27,486 nt of DNA from a virus (taxonomy: Duplodnaviria > Caudoviricetes): IMG/VR virus record IMGVR_UViG_3300038450_000048, positions 1 through 27,486 of that record. The stretch is one strand, 5' to 3'. The translations under genes were made by a program, and so were the position numbers. Shown here piece after piece: positions 1 to 10,400 of the stretch. The notes below the pieces were generated by a model that saw only the letters and a program-made list of their open reading frames with translations, had not been told where the DNA came from and made no database searches. How positions within the stretch are numbered: position 1 is the first letter of the stretch; each line of letters opens with the position of its first letter.

Positions 1-295
1 GATGGCTGATACGCAGGCTGCGTTATCACAGGGTAAAGTGGCGATGATGCAGGCTCAAGGTGCCGTCAAGAAGGACATTGATAACAACCAAGCCGAGAAT
101 CGCATGCTCATTGAAACTGGTAAACATGCTTTGAATGAGCATGGGAAGACCACGGACCAAGCAAACGATATGGCGTTGCAGAAACAACAGCAGGCTGCGG
201 ATAAAGCAATGGCTGCAACACCGGAGGAACAAGGTCTTGATCGTGCAGCGAAGGGAGCCTTCGCCAACATGGATAAGAGTGCATTTTCTGGATGA
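1..295 (+). CDS. 3' end of a gene truncated by the window edge; probably portal protein C-terminus
   Basis: Open frame from the window start, Q/A/K-rich helical tail, and position upstream of the scaffold and capsid genes. The call rests on synteny only. Confidence 0.4.
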   Translation, partial: MADTQAALSQGKVAMMQAQGAVKKDIDNNQAENRMLIETGKHALNEHGKTTDQANDMALQKQQQAADKAMAATPEEQGLDRAAKGAFANMDKSAFSG

Positions 296-308
296 CCCCC
301 GAACTTTT

Positions 309-331
309 TGACTATTCCTGCCATAAGTGAG
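309..331 (+). promoter_or_regulatory. Conserved upstream motif TGACTA-N5-GCCATAA-KTGAG, copy 1 (putative phage late promoter)
   Basis: TGACTA ttcct GCCATAA GTGAG; same motif and spacing at 1417 and 2645. Confidence 0.6.
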
Positions 332-340
332 GAGAGTCAA

Positions 341-958
341 ATGTTCATCTATGTGATTGTTTGCCGTGAGACTTTGAAGTGTTATGTTGGACAGCACAAG
401 AAGACTGATTTAGGGAAGTACCTTTCACAGAAGTATCACGATGCGAATAGGTACTCAGGGAAACGGTCGCATCTTTACGCAGCGATGCGATTGCATCCCC
501 GCGAGACTTGGAGTATTCATCCCTTGGTTTCGGGGGTTGAATCCCGGCAAGAACTTGACGAGTTGGAAAAGCATTTTATTCGGGTTTTGAAAACGCAACA
601 CCCCGATGTCGGGTATAACATCTGTGACGGGGGCGAAGGATTCACAGGACCTCATACTTTAGAAGCAAGAAAAAAGATGGGGCGGGCGAGTCGTGGAAAT
701 CAAAACTGTAAGGGACTTAAGAATGCCTTGGGCTGCAAACACAGTTTAGAATCACTGCAAAATGCCCATTTACATTATGCAGATCGAGATTTATGGAAAT
801 TGCACCAGAGTGCAGCACAAAAACTAGAAGGAAAACATCTGTTTTGGAAGGGTAAAAAGTTTTCAGACACGCACCGCGAAAATCTACAAAAATCGCACAA
901 AGGAATTCCATGGTCGGCTGCGCGGCGGGCTGCCCAAAAGAAACGGAGCACAAAATGA
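341..958 (+). CDS. GIY-YIG homing endonuclease with NUMOD3-like DNA-binding repeats
   Basis: N-terminal FIYVIVC...CYVGQ, GYNICDGGEG, and HTLEARKKM / FSDTHRENLQKSHKG NUMOD3-like motifs; RBS GGAG at 331-334 supports ATG 341. Confidence 0.85.
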   Translation: MFIYVIVCRETLKCYVGQHKKTDLGKYLSQKYHDANRYSGKRSHLYAAMRLHPRETWSIHPLVSGVESRQELDELEKHFIRVLKTQHPDVGYNICDGGEGFTGPHTLEARKKMGRASRGNQNCKGLKNALGCKHSLESLQNAHLHYADRDLWKLHQSAAQKLEGKHLFWKGKKFSDTHRENLQKSHKGIPWSAARRAAQKKRSTK

Positions 959-1389
959 GCGATACACCGTACGTTCCTACTACCTCTCGGAACATTGAGA
1001 GGGCAAATCGTCTACTGGCTCTGCGAGCCCATCCGGGGTTTCTTGAAATCCTTCGTATCTCTCAAGACTTAGTTGATGGGGCAACGGCAATTTGCACGGA
1101 CTTTCCCGGGTGGGACCCTCAGCAAGTTATGATGTTGAAGTGCCGTGCTCAAGCGGCGAAAGAGCATCACGCTTTGCTCATCTCTGCAATCAATGATGCT
1201 ATCGCTGTTGGCATCGCTGAGGACAGAGAGAATCTGGAGAAGGCGAGAACGGCGGCAGAAGCTACGCTGGAGAAGACACCTGCTGAAGTCGTTGAAACTG
1301 GGGACTACGTTCGGCAGCGAGTTTTAGAGACGTTTGACCAGATGGCGGATAATCGGATTGCGGGTTCGTACGACTCGACCGAGAAGTAA
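955..1389 (+). CDS. Hypothetical phage protein in the head module
   Basis: ATGA overlap with the upstream stop; helical composition; lies between the portal-like and scaffold genes. Confidence 0.7.
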   Translation: MSDTPYVPTTSRNIERANRLLALRAHPGFLEILRISQDLVDGATAICTDFPGWDPQQVMMLKCRAQAAKEHHALLISAINDAIAVGIAEDRENLEKARTAAEATLEKTPAEVVETGDYVRQRVLETFDQMADNRIAGSYDSTEK

Positions 1390-1416
1390 GAGTTGTTGAC
1401 AACTTATTACGAAAAC

Positions 1417-1439
1417 TGACTAATTGCGCCATAATTGAG
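1417..1439 (+). promoter_or_regulatory. Conserved upstream motif, copy 2 (putative late promoter)
   Basis: GAAAACTGACTA attgc GCCATAA TTGAGA upstream of the scaffold gene. Confidence 0.65.
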
Positions 1440-1461
1440 AACGACCCATAGGAGCACTACC

Positions 1462-2619
1462 ATGAGCGACCCAGTACCTACAAATCTTGTGATGACCCCA
1501 GAGTTGCAGAAGGCTATCGCCGACGCCACAGACCCCGAGGCTTTGAAAGCCCTCGTGCGTGACGAAGTTTTCAAGCAGGCGAATGCTACCCAGACGCTCG
1601 CCGCTGAGCAGGCGGCTGCCGAGACTGCAAGGCTCGCCGCTGCTGAGACCGCCCGGAAAGAAGCCGAGGCTGCGGCAACTCGTGACGGGTTCTCTCGTAT
1701 CGAGAATATCGGCGGGCGTGAATATGAATTCACTGCCGATACTCAAGAAGAACTCGACCAAGTGATTCTCAATGCGTATCGGGTTGCGTTCAACATCCAA
1801 GCTGACGCACACGTGGAGGAACAGATTGTTGACCCCGTGGCTCAGCAAGCTGCTGCTGATGCGGCGGCTGCGGCTGAGATAGTTGCGAAGGCGGACCTTG
1901 ATCGGCGATTCAAAGCGGGTGAAATCTCCGCTGCGGATTACATTGAACAATCGGGTGCATTGCGAGATTACCTTGATAAACAGGGCATTCCGCTTGATGC
2001 GTTGCGTGCTTCGGTTGAACAGAGCCAAGGCACCGCGTATGAACAATCATGGGCACAAGCCACAGAAACATTTTTACGCAGTCCTGCGGGCGCAACGTGG
2101 CCCGGTGATGATCGGAACCGAGAGTTGATGGGCATGAAGATTATTGAACTCGGTCTCGTGGATGCGCCGGACAAAGCTACGGCACTTGCTCAAGCGTTCG
2201 GTGAGTTGAGACGCACGAACATGCTTTTCCAGCCAGTGGCGGAAGACCCAGCGGCGGCAGAGGCTGCACGTGTTGCGGCGGCTGCTGCGGCTGCCGAGAC
2301 CGCACGGCTTGCGGCTGCCGAGACTGCAAGAATCGCTGTGGGCGGTGCGGCACCGGTTATAGCGGCTGCCACTGCTTCAACTTCAAAACTTCCGGCAACG
2401 TCATCTTCACTGTTTGGTGTAGGGGGAGCGGCTGCATCCGGCGGGGCTCCGGCTGTGACAGGTGCGGGAGCGACTGAACGGGCTGTTGCCCCTCAATTTG
2501 TCATTGACCCGAAGGCTACTCCAGCGGAGATTTTGGACGCATGGAAGGCATACACAATCGCTCAAGGGCGAAACCCTGATGACGCCTTCAAAGAACATTA
2601 CGCTTCGAAGCGAATATAA
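1462..2619 (+). CDS. Probable capsid scaffolding protein
   Basis: Ala/Glu-rich coiled-coil protein directly upstream of the capsid gene; RBS GGAG before ATG 1462; AAAETARLAAAETAR segment occurs twice. Confidence 0.6.
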   Translation: MSDPVPTNLVMTPELQKAIADATDPEALKALVRDEVFKQANATQTLAAEQAAAETARLAAAETARKEAEAAATRDGFSRIENIGGREYEFTADTQEELDQVILNAYRVAFNIQADAHVEEQIVDPVAQQAAADAAAAAEIVAKADLDRRFKAGEISAADYIEQSGALRDYLDKQGIPLDALRASVEQSQGTAYEQSWAQATETFLRSPAGATWPGDDRNRELMGMKIIELGLVDAPDKATALAQAFGELRRTNMLFQPVAEDPAAAEAARVAAAAAAAETARLAAAETARIAVGGAAPVIAAATASTSKLPATSSSLFGVGGAAASGGAPAVTGAGATERAVAPQFVIDPKATPAEILDAWKAYTIAQGRNPDDAFKEHYASKRI

Positions 2620-2644
2620 GAACTCCCTCGGAATCATGGAAAAC

Positions 2645-2667
2645 TGACTAACCTCGCCATAATTGAG
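2645..2667 (+). promoter_or_regulatory. Conserved upstream motif, copy 3 (putative late promoter)
   Basis: GAAAACTGACTA acctc GCCATAA TTGAGA upstream of the capsid gene. Confidence 0.65.
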
Positions 2668-2681
2668 AGAGGTACAATACC

Positions 2682-3677
2682 ATGATTCTGCCCCCGGGCG
2701 TTCAAAGCACCACCCTTGCTGCCTTCCCGCAGATTGCGTATGACCGCACTGCGATTTTGGAATGGCAGTTCAATACTCCATTTCTTGAGGAATTGTGCGA
2801 CTTCCGGCCTCTGCCTCGCCGGTCTGGTCGGACGCTCCAGTTCTACGGCCAACAGCCGTTCGCTGCTGCGACCTACGACCTGTCCGAAGGTATCCCGGGT
2901 CCCAGCCTCCAGTTGACCCAAGTCTTCAGCGATGCGTTCGCTGATGAATACGGCGACTGGATTGGCATTTCAAACGTCGCTCAACAGATGTTCCTTGCGG
3001 ACATCACGATGGATGCCAGCCGCAACCTTTCGTATCGGGGCGCTCTCACGAGCAACCTGATTGCGATTAACGGTTTCGAAGCAGCCGTCGTGGCGCAGTC
3101 GTCCGCAGCCATTGACTTGCTCGACAACGAGTTCATGCTGTCCAACACAGTCCGTAAGTGCGAGTCCCAGTTGATGGGCAACGCGGTTCCGGGTCGTGAT
3201 GGCGGGCTCTACACGAGCGCGATGCACCCGTACGTTGTTTACGATTTCATGTCGGACAACTCTGCCGGGTCCGCCGTTGACGTGCTGAAGCGTTCCGAAG
3301 CCGGGGCGTCTGTCCTGAAGTCGGACATGACTCGCGGCTACACGGTGCTGGAGTGGAGCGGAGTTCGCATTATCCGCACGCAGACGGTGCCGACGTACGC
3401 CAATTACCCCTCAACGGGTAAGACTGGATACGCAACGTATGTCGTTGGCCGTGAAGCAATGATGGCCTCCGAGTTGCTGGGCAACCGAGTTCCTCGGAAC
3501 CCCAGCTTCAAGGTGAACGTCAAGACCTTCGGCGACAATGACATTGACCTGAGCAACCCGATGTTGCAGACACGAGCAATCGTGAGCTACGACTGGTTCC
3601 TCGGCGTGGTTGCGCGCCCGAATACCAATGGTACACCGGGTTTCAGAAGGGTCAGGTGTGAGGTGTCGGCAGTGTAA
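2682..3677 (+). CDS. Major capsid protein, N4-gp56-like (HK97 fold)
   Basis: 331 aa; RPLPRRSGRTLQF...LSEGIPG...EYGDWIGIS, MHPYVVYD and NPMLQTRAIVSY resemble the N4-gp56 capsid family; follows a scaffold-like gene. Confidence 0.8.
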   Translation: MILPPGVQSTTLAAFPQIAYDRTAILEWQFNTPFLEELCDFRPLPRRSGRTLQFYGQQPFAAATYDLSEGIPGPSLQLTQVFSDAFADEYGDWIGISNVAQQMFLADITMDASRNLSYRGALTSNLIAINGFEAAVVAQSSAAIDLLDNEFMLSNTVRKCESQLMGNAVPGRDGGLYTSAMHPYVVYDFMSDNSAGSAVDVLKRSEAGASVLKSDMTRGYTVLEWSGVRIIRTQTVPTYANYPSTGKTGYATYVVGREAMMASELLGNRVPRNPSFKVNVKTFGDNDIDLSNPMLQTRAIVSYDWFLGVVARPNTNGTPGFRRVRCEVSAV

Positions 3678-3704
3678 TTTAGTATTGACTTCTGCTTTTA
3701 AGAT

Positions 3705-3750
3705 GCGAAGTTTCAGCGGTTTAAGAGACCCTGAAGTTTCGCTTGACTTT
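3705..3750 (+). terminator. Stem-loop after the capsid gene, possible terminator
   Basis: GCGAAGTTTCAG/CTGAAGTTTCGC 12-bp stem with two G-U pairs, followed by TTGACTTT. Confidence 0.45.
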
Positions 3751-3772
3751 CGGTTGGGGGTTGCGATATAAT
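3743..3772 (+). promoter_or_regulatory. Sigma70-type promoter for the endonuclease gene
   Basis: TTGACT-N18-TATAAT. Confidence 0.65.
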
Positions 3773-3791
3773 GGTTTCGGGAGTAACCCCG

Positions 3792-4196
3792 ATGCCATAC
3801 AAAGACCCAAACTGCGCAGCGGCGAAAGCCAGCGCAACACGAAAGCGGAAAAAGTATTTCGAAACGCACGGCGGGTACTTGGAAGCAACCAAGAACTGGC
3901 CGTCGAGACAACCAAGGTCACGGCAGAATCGGTATTACAAGTTTGAACACGGCGTGACGTTGGTTGAGTTCGAAGCGCAGATTGTCAGGCAAGGTGGCAG
4001 GTGTCCTATCGGGAACCACCCGTTTGGACCCCGTGGTAAGCAAGGCGATTCGCCCTGCCAAGACCACAACCACGAGAACGGCAAAAATAGAGCCATTCTC
4101 TGCCGCAATCACAATGTGGCTCTTGGGTTGTTCAACGACTCAATCGCCGACATGGAAACAGCGATTTTGTACGTGAGGCAGTACCAGAAAGTTTAG
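3792..4196 (+). CDS. Endonuclease VII-like homing endonuclease
   Basis: HGVTLVEFEAQIVRQGGRCPIG...QDHNHENGKNRAILCRNHNVALGLFND is the EndoVII signature; GGAG RBS before ATG 3792. Confidence 0.85.
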   Translation: MPYKDPNCAAAKASATRKRKKYFETHGGYLEATKNWPSRQPRSRQNRYYKFEHGVTLVEFEAQIVRQGGRCPIGNHPFGPRGKQGDSPCQDHNHENGKNRAILCRNHNVALGLFNDSIADMETAILYVRQYQKV

Positions 4197-4211
4197 AACA
4201 GGAGAACCACC

Positions 4212-4808
4212 GTGGCTAATGCTAACACGATTCGCAGGCAAGTTTCAGGGACGCAACAGTTGACGCTCGCTCCTCTACTGGAGTCCGTCATCACAACGAA
4301 CGAAACTGCGTTCCAACTGAACAACAACGCATTGACTCTGGCTGGCGGGGGCGTCGTGCCTCTGTCCGTTGGCGTCACGCCGTTGTATCTCGGCACGGGA
4401 CAGGTCATGCGTATCCGGGCGACTGGAACCCTCGTTGGGCTCACCAGTTCCACGGTGCTCTTCACCCTGTACGTGGCTCCGGCATCCGTTCTTCCCATCG
4501 CCGACACACTAGCGGCTGCACAAGCGAAGACCGGTTGGCAGGAAGTCTTCGTGACCGGCGGCGCGGTGAGCATTGGGGCGGTCTCTACGACCTTTACCAT
4601 TGACGCTCGTTTGCAGTTGTCCGCAACGAAGGTTCTCTCCGGTGAATTCCGAAGCCAGATTTTCAACACCGTGACGGACTGGGCGACGACAACCGACAAC
4701 CCGGTACTAGCGGGCGGGGAAGCCGACCTGAACTTCGTGTTGACGGCCACCATGGCAGCGTACGCTCTCACAGCTACCTTGGACGAGTTCGCCATTGACT
4801 TTGAGTAA
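4212..4808 (+). CDS. Probable virion structural or capsid decoration protein
   Basis: Thr/Ala/Val-rich, beta-strand-like; RBS AGGAGA; downstream of the capsid gene and followed by a terminator. Confidence 0.5.
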   Translation: MANANTIRRQVSGTQQLTLAPLLESVITTNETAFQLNNNALTLAGGGVVPLSVGVTPLYLGTGQVMRIRATGTLVGLTSSTVLFTLYVAPASVLPIADTLAAAQAKTGWQEVFVTGGAVSIGAVSTTFTIDARLQLSATKVLSGEFRSQIFNTVTDWATTTDNPVLAGGEADLNFVLTATMAAYALTATLDEFAIDFE

Positions 4809-4847
4809 AAAGTAAGGGCGTTTCAAAAAAGAATCGGGCGCAAGCCC

Positions 4848-4891
4848 AAAACAGAGCCCGAGGCTGCGATATGCTTCGGGCTTTTTGTTTT
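4848..4891 (+). terminator. Rho-independent terminator
   Basis: GCCCGAGGC-loop-GCTTCGGGC followed by TTTTTGTTTT. Confidence 0.8.
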
Positions 4892-4903
4892 AACGGAGGT
4901 TTT

Positions 4904-6031
4904 ATGAAGGTATCCAAGGCAATCCGTAGCATCGCTCTTGCAATGGTAATTCTTTTGACCCCCGCTCTTGCTTGCGCAAACATCAAAGAGCCCAAGGGCT
5001 TTGACCATAAGGTCTATGCCAGCACGTTCGCTCTCTACGGCTCCAGCGGCAGCACGCAAGACCGCTTCCTCTGCACTGTGACCGCCTACGAGAAAGTCCA
5101 AGATGGCTACCTGCTTATCGGGGCGGGGCACTGTACAGGGGCGAACCCAGATTTGCCTCCCGATCTAACGTTCAAGGTCTCTACCGATCTTGGCACGGAC
5201 AAAGTTCCTGTGGCACTGCTTAAATCTGCGATGGAAGAACCATTGGATTACGCGGTGTATTTCATGCCCTCAACGGTGAAATATCCCACGATTGCAATGG
5301 GGAATGAAAGCCAGGATCGCATCGGTGATAGAACTGTTGATGTAAACTTTAGTCTTGACGCGGCCAAGCAAGTCGCCTCAGGTGTGATTGCCTCAACAGT
5401 CATATCGGCGGCAGGGCAGCACGACGACCTGTCTGGGTTCTTTCTTGTGACCCAGATGGACTCTCACGGAGCTAGCGGCTCCTCGGTTGTAAGCGAGAAG
5501 ACCCGTAAGATTATCGGGCTGGTGATTGCGGGTTGGGACGGGGCGACAATGCCATCCATAGTTGAGCCCATCTCAAAGGTTGAAAAAGAGCTAGGTGATA
5601 TCCCAGCACTGCTCTACAAAGCGAGACAGGTTCCGATTCCTGTGACGGTTGTGACTCCTATTACTCAAGACCCGAATAACGGCGAAGATTTGATGGTTGC
5701 TCAGCGTGGCGGACGCGGAGGTTCTCACGGGAACCCGGGACGCGGTGATGGCGGGCGTGCGGGTAATCCCGGGCGCGGTAATGGCGGTCGGGGTGATGGG
5801 CGGATACTCGGCAGAGATGACCATCGTAGAGTTGACCGCAACCGAGACGTGCGCGTACGTGGCGGGCGACAGGAAATCTATTGGCACGGGTTTTGGTTCG
5901 GCTACGGGAATGAATGGCCGGTGTGGGTTTTCACCGATGAAATCTACATGGAATTGATTGGGGACGACACATTTATCTTGTGCAACTACGCTGACCCGAA
6001 TGAATTCGTAATCGTATACGTGGTGGAATGA
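4904..6031 (+). CDS. Exported trypsin-like serine protease with Gly/Arg-rich linker and aromatic C-terminal domain
   Basis: Signal-peptide-like N-terminus; triad motifs GAGHC, LDYAV, HGASGS; RBS GGAGG at 4895-4899. Confidence 0.8.
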   Translation: MKVSKAIRSIALAMVILLTPALACANIKEPKGFDHKVYASTFALYGSSGSTQDRFLCTVTAYEKVQDGYLLIGAGHCTGANPDLPPDLTFKVSTDLGTDKVPVALLKSAMEEPLDYAVYFMPSTVKYPTIAMGNESQDRIGDRTVDVNFSLDAAKQVASGVIASTVISAAGQHDDLSGFFLVTQMDSHGASGSSVVSEKTRKIIGLVIAGWDGATMPSIVEPISKVEKELGDIPALLYKARQVPIPVTVVTPITQDPNNGEDLMVAQRGGRGGSHGNPGRGDGGRAGNPGRGNGGRGDGRILGRDDHRRVDRNRDVRVRGGRQEIYWHGFWFGYGNEWPVWVFTDEIYMELIGDDTFILCNYADPNEFVIVYVVE

Positions 6032-6081
6032 ACCGAGCGTGTTTGAGTCTTGGTGTTTGCTGCGACCCGTGCATTCTAGGC

Positions 6082-6110
6082 TTGACTTTTGAGGGTTGGC
6101 GAGGTACACT
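6082..6110 (+). promoter_or_regulatory. Sigma70-type promoter
   Basis: TTGACT-N17-TACACT. Confidence 0.6.
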
Positions 6111-6112
6111 AT

Positions 6113-6313
6113 ATGGACCAGATGTCGTGTCCCCGCTGCGGCGAAACCTGTGAACGAGACCCGGCGAATCGTACGGAGCGATTTGTTTGTAAAAGATGCG
6201 GCTGGGCAAGTTGGTCTACCCGCTGCGATAATTTGTGCGAGTGGCTGGCAAGCGAGCAGAGTGAGAGGTTCGTGAACCCGCAACTGGAATGGAAACGCAA
6301 TGTTAAATCTTGA
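6113..6313 (+). CDS. Small zinc-ribbon protein (start could be 6122)
   Basis: CPRC...CKRC pairs; directly downstream of a promoter. Confidence 0.55.
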   Translation: MDQMSCPRCGETCERDPANRTERFVCKRCGWASWSTRCDNLCEWLASEQSERFVNPQLEWKRNVKS

Positions 6314-6917
6314 CCCAAGTCGAACACTGATTGGTTATATCGTACGACATGGTGAAATCACTCAGCCAAATGTTTGGGATGGATGGGGTGATTTCCAGTT
6401 ATCCAATACAGGTCGAGAGTCCGCCGAGAAAGCCGCGCAATGGTTGTCCTTTGAGAAAATCGGACGAGTTGTTTCCTCTGATATCCCTCGTGCCGCAGAA
6501 ACCGCACAGTGCATCATGGATACATGCAACGTGGCGTGCCCTTTCGTCACATATGACCCGAACTTGCGCCCGAGGATGGTCGCTGATTACACAGGCAAAG
6601 AAAAGACGCCCGAGCGAGTTGAGGAGTTCAAAAAGTACATTGAGAATCCCGATCTCGTGATTCCCGGCGGCGAGAGCGGCACGCAGTTAAATTTGCGAGT
6701 GCAAGTCATCTATCAGTATCTCGCAACACCGTACGCTGCACTTCCGACTGTGATGACGATGCACAATTCCGTGATTAAGGCGCTGCTTGGAATCGACGAG
6801 GTGGGTGAAATTGTTGATCCGGGTGGTATCGTTGCTGCCTATATGGACGAGAAGGGTAACATCGAGTTTGAAGTAGCAATGGGAGCAGCCGCGCCAACAT
6901 CTTCGGAGGTAAGCTAA
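6300..6917 (+). CDS. Histidine phosphatase (phosphoglycerate mutase superfamily)
   Basis: YIVRHGE, SSDIPRAAETA, PGGES and MHNSVIKAL motifs. Confidence 0.9.
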   Translation: MLNLDPSRTLIGYIVRHGEITQPNVWDGWGDFQLSNTGRESAEKAAQWLSFEKIGRVVSSDIPRAAETAQCIMDTCNVACPFVTYDPNLRPRMVADYTGKEKTPERVEEFKKYIENPDLVIPGGESGTQLNLRVQVIYQYLATPYAALPTVMTMHNSVIKALLGIDEVGEIVDPGGIVAAYMDEKGNIEFEVAMGAAAPTSSEVS

Positions 6918-6918
6918 T

Positions 6919-7476
6919 ATGGAACCCTATCAAGACCCCGCAGAGTCTATTCTTCGGGGGGAACCAACCATTAACGATGAGCAGCGAGCGAACCTTTTTG
7001 ATATATTTCACTCAACAAAGGACGAGGGTGAACTGGCTCGGCGGCTCCAGCCATTGGCAGTGCCGGACGACTTTAAGAAGCAGCTGTATGATGCTAAACA
7101 AGGTGGGGCAATTACCAAAGGCGAGCCTCTTGACAAGGTGACCGAGGCTATCAATCGCATGAAAACCATTGACCCGCAGGTTTTGGCGATGGCAGAAGCC
7201 CATCCGAACGTGCTCAAAGCCCTGACTGGGGCTGCTGGGGCTGCGGAGCCCACAGGCGAGGGCAAAGCTGGGGCGAAGGGTAAGGGGCAGGGCAAGGGTG
7301 CGAAGGCTACGCCGTCAATCCAGCCGCCTCGGATAGACGGTTTAGAGAACTATCCGCCGATTCCTGAAGGACATCATCGTGTCCGGGCGTCAGATGGTGG
7401 CATTCATGATATCCCGGCTGAGAACATTGACCAAGCCCGAGAGATTGACCCACGGCTTCAGATTATGAATCCGTAA
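6919..7476 (+). CDS. Hypothetical protein, possibly an internal virion protein
   Basis: RBS GGAGG upstream; tightly packed between neighbouring genes. Confidence 0.65.
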   Translation: MEPYQDPAESILRGEPTINDEQRANLFDIFHSTKDEGELARRLQPLAVPDDFKKQLYDAKQGGAITKGEPLDKVTEAINRMKTIDPQVLAMAEAHPNVLKALTGAAGAAEPTGEGKAGAKGKGQGKGAKATPSIQPPRIDGLENYPPIPEGHHRVRASDGGIHDIPAENIDQAREIDPRLQIMNP

Positions 7477-7488
7477 TCGGAGACCGCT

Positions 7489-10400
7489 GTGGCAACTGAT
7501 ACCGCAACGCCGACAATCAGTGCACCGCCTGCTCCTCCAGAAGACCAACTGGGTGCTGGCGGGACTCCCTCTATTCAGACTGCTCCTCCGGCAACTATTC
7601 CCGACGAAAATACTTCAACTTTAATTTGGCATCACATCATCAACAAGTCTCAGAAGTCGCCCGCAGCAGAGAAAGAATACAATGACCACGCTGCTGCTAC
7701 GGAAAAAGAGAACGCCGACAAAGAGGCTCTCTACCGAGATAACCCAGCGGAATTCAAAAAGCAGAACCCATACGAGTACATCTATCGCAAGACATACGAC
7801 TATGTCAAGGATAGCGTGGAAGCGGAACCGAAGCGAGCGCTCGCTCCGGGGATGGCTAAACAGCCGGTTTCGTTAGGCAAACTCGGCACGACTACTCCAG
7901 AGAAAGCGATTGATGACCTCACCACGAATGGATTACAAGACCTCTCGCTTGGTGCGCTTTCTCAGCCGGGCGGAAAACCCACCATGATGGCTCAACCGAT
8001 ACCGCTCATGGGTCGGCTTGGAGAAGTTGAACCCGCCGAGACAGGAGGTGGGTTGGGTCCTGTGAAGCCGGTTGAGGGTCCAGAAACTGGTTTTGAGATG
8101 AGCCGTGAGCACGTACGAACGCTCAAAGACCTCGGCTATTCAAACCAAGCGATCACTCATTTCAACGCTGGTGAAGTTCAAGATATCATAGCGAATAAAA
8201 CTCCAGCCCCACCTGAAGCGGCTCCGGCGGCTGAAACAAAACCTACCGCCGCTGCTGAAAAGAAACCCGCAGGTAAAGAAGCTGTTGCCGCACCTGAAGG
8301 CGCTGAAATTTCGCCTCACGTCACTTTCAAAACTGTAGGCGGCAAAGAAGTAGAGGCTCCGCAGGGCATTGAACGCCGGGACTATACGACTCGTCCCTTT
8401 CCGAGTGGTCAATTAACTCGTGTTGGGCGAATGGCGGACACGACGTTCAATATCATTCGTCAACATGAAGCCGAGGCACAGGGCGGTACTGTTCAACAGC
8501 CGACGATTAAAACCGAAGGTCCTGACTGGGAGCATTTACAGAGTGCATACGTCGGCGGAAAGAAAATCGGCTCGCTCGGATACAAAACCGATGTGGAGGG
8601 AAACGCGCGGATTTATGGGGCACAAGTCACGCCAGAGATGCAGAGAAAAGGTATCGCGACGAAGATGTATCTATCTGCATTTGATAAAGCTCGGGCGGAT
8701 GGCGTGCTGAGTATTTCCAGTGACCCGACGCACGTCTCTCCGGCGGCAACGGGAGTTTGGAGAAACCTGCAAGCCAGCGGGCTACCGATTGAGAACATCA
8801 CACACCCGAATGGAACGCCCGGGTTCCGATTGAACCTCCAGCCGCCAGAAACACCAGCTACCAAAAACTTGCCGGATTGGCTCAAGAAAGACCCGCTTAC
8901 TACGAACGAAACGCATGCGACTTCCGTGCCGTTGATTCCCAGTCCCGAGGGGACGGCAGTCGGGCGAGTTGATAAGCCTGACGTTCCTGTGGCGGCTCTT
9001 TCGGATTCAATGGCGAAGGTGGGCGGCAAAATGGTTGCACCGCCGACTCCCCCGAAACCAACGGTTAATCCCGAGACGGCTCCTATTGCTGCGGTTCCTA
9101 TGCCGAAACTAGAGCGGACTCAAATTCAAGGCGGGGCATCAACGCAGCCATATCCGACCTATCATGAAGCTAGCAACGACCAGACAAATCCATGGGTGCG
9201 ACGTTCTGTGGACCCGGCAAACAGCGCATCGCCGACCAACGAGAATCGCTTGCTCATGGTGCAGTTCGCATCCGATTTAATTAATGGCGGGCTCAAGACT
9301 GAAACAAAAGACGAAGCCTCGCAGTATTATGACAAACTCTATTCTGGGTTTCGTCCGGGCTATGCACGCATGCAAGACTTTTGGGAGATTCCACAGTGGC
9401 ACGGGTTTGTTGCTCGGAACTTTCCCGACGCGGATGTGTATGTCGTCCGTGACATGGAGCAGGCGAAGAAATTTCTGAACGATGCGAAATATGGTAGGGT
9501 CACATTCTCTGCGCTGGATGTCAACAAGCACCTAATTCGGGACCTCGCATCAAACTACTCAGGGCATGTAGATGTTGGCGGGTATGTGGCTCCTGAGACG
9601 TTTTCGGATTTGCCGAATGTGAAATGGCACGACTCCATGGAGTCGCTCACGAAGGATGCAGGTGTAGAATATAAGGGCGGTGCCGACTATCGTCACTATG
9701 CTGGGTCAGACGTGATTCCCCGTCTCACGATGTCAAAGGGCTGCCTGCACAAATGTGCGTTCTGCACAGTTGAGAAGCAACTGGTCATGCCGCCGAAAGA
9801 AGACATTGAACAGCAGGCGGACGCTATCGCTCAGTTGGGTTCAAAACTGGTGTACCTGAACGATAAGACATTCGGGCAAGCGAAAAACTATCAGGACTTG
9901 GCGGAACTCAATACCCGAATGAAAGAAAAGAACCCGAATTTCCAAGGGTTCGTGGTGCAGACGACCGCAGCGCAAATGGGGAAAATCCCTGCCGATTGGT
10001 TGGCGAAATCCGGCATCAAATACGTGGAGCTAGGCATTGAGAGCTATAATGACCCCATCCTGAAGTCAATGCACAAGCCCGCTACGGAGAACATCATTAA
10101 CAAAGCCGTGGATAAGTTGCGCCAGAACAACATTACCTTGATTCCGAACATCTTGATTGGCTATCCGGGGGAGACGGCAGAAACGTACGCAAACACGCTC
10201 AAGTTCTTGCAGGACAACAGAGACATCATCTCTCATGCCAACATCTACAACCTCGCTCTCTATGAGAATACAGAACTCGGGAAGTCCATGACGACCGCTT
10301 CCCCGGATGACTTCAATGAGAATGTGCTGGAGAAGTCGTTCCACAAGGACCCCGCCCTGCACCAGCAATTCGCCGGAGACCTGTACGGTGCGGCATCAAA

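Noticed and set aside
1610-2340. Repeated GCGGCTGCCGAGAC segments in the scaffold gene
   Set aside because: Explained by the in-frame AAAETAR peptide repeats with synonymous variation; not a DNA-level element.
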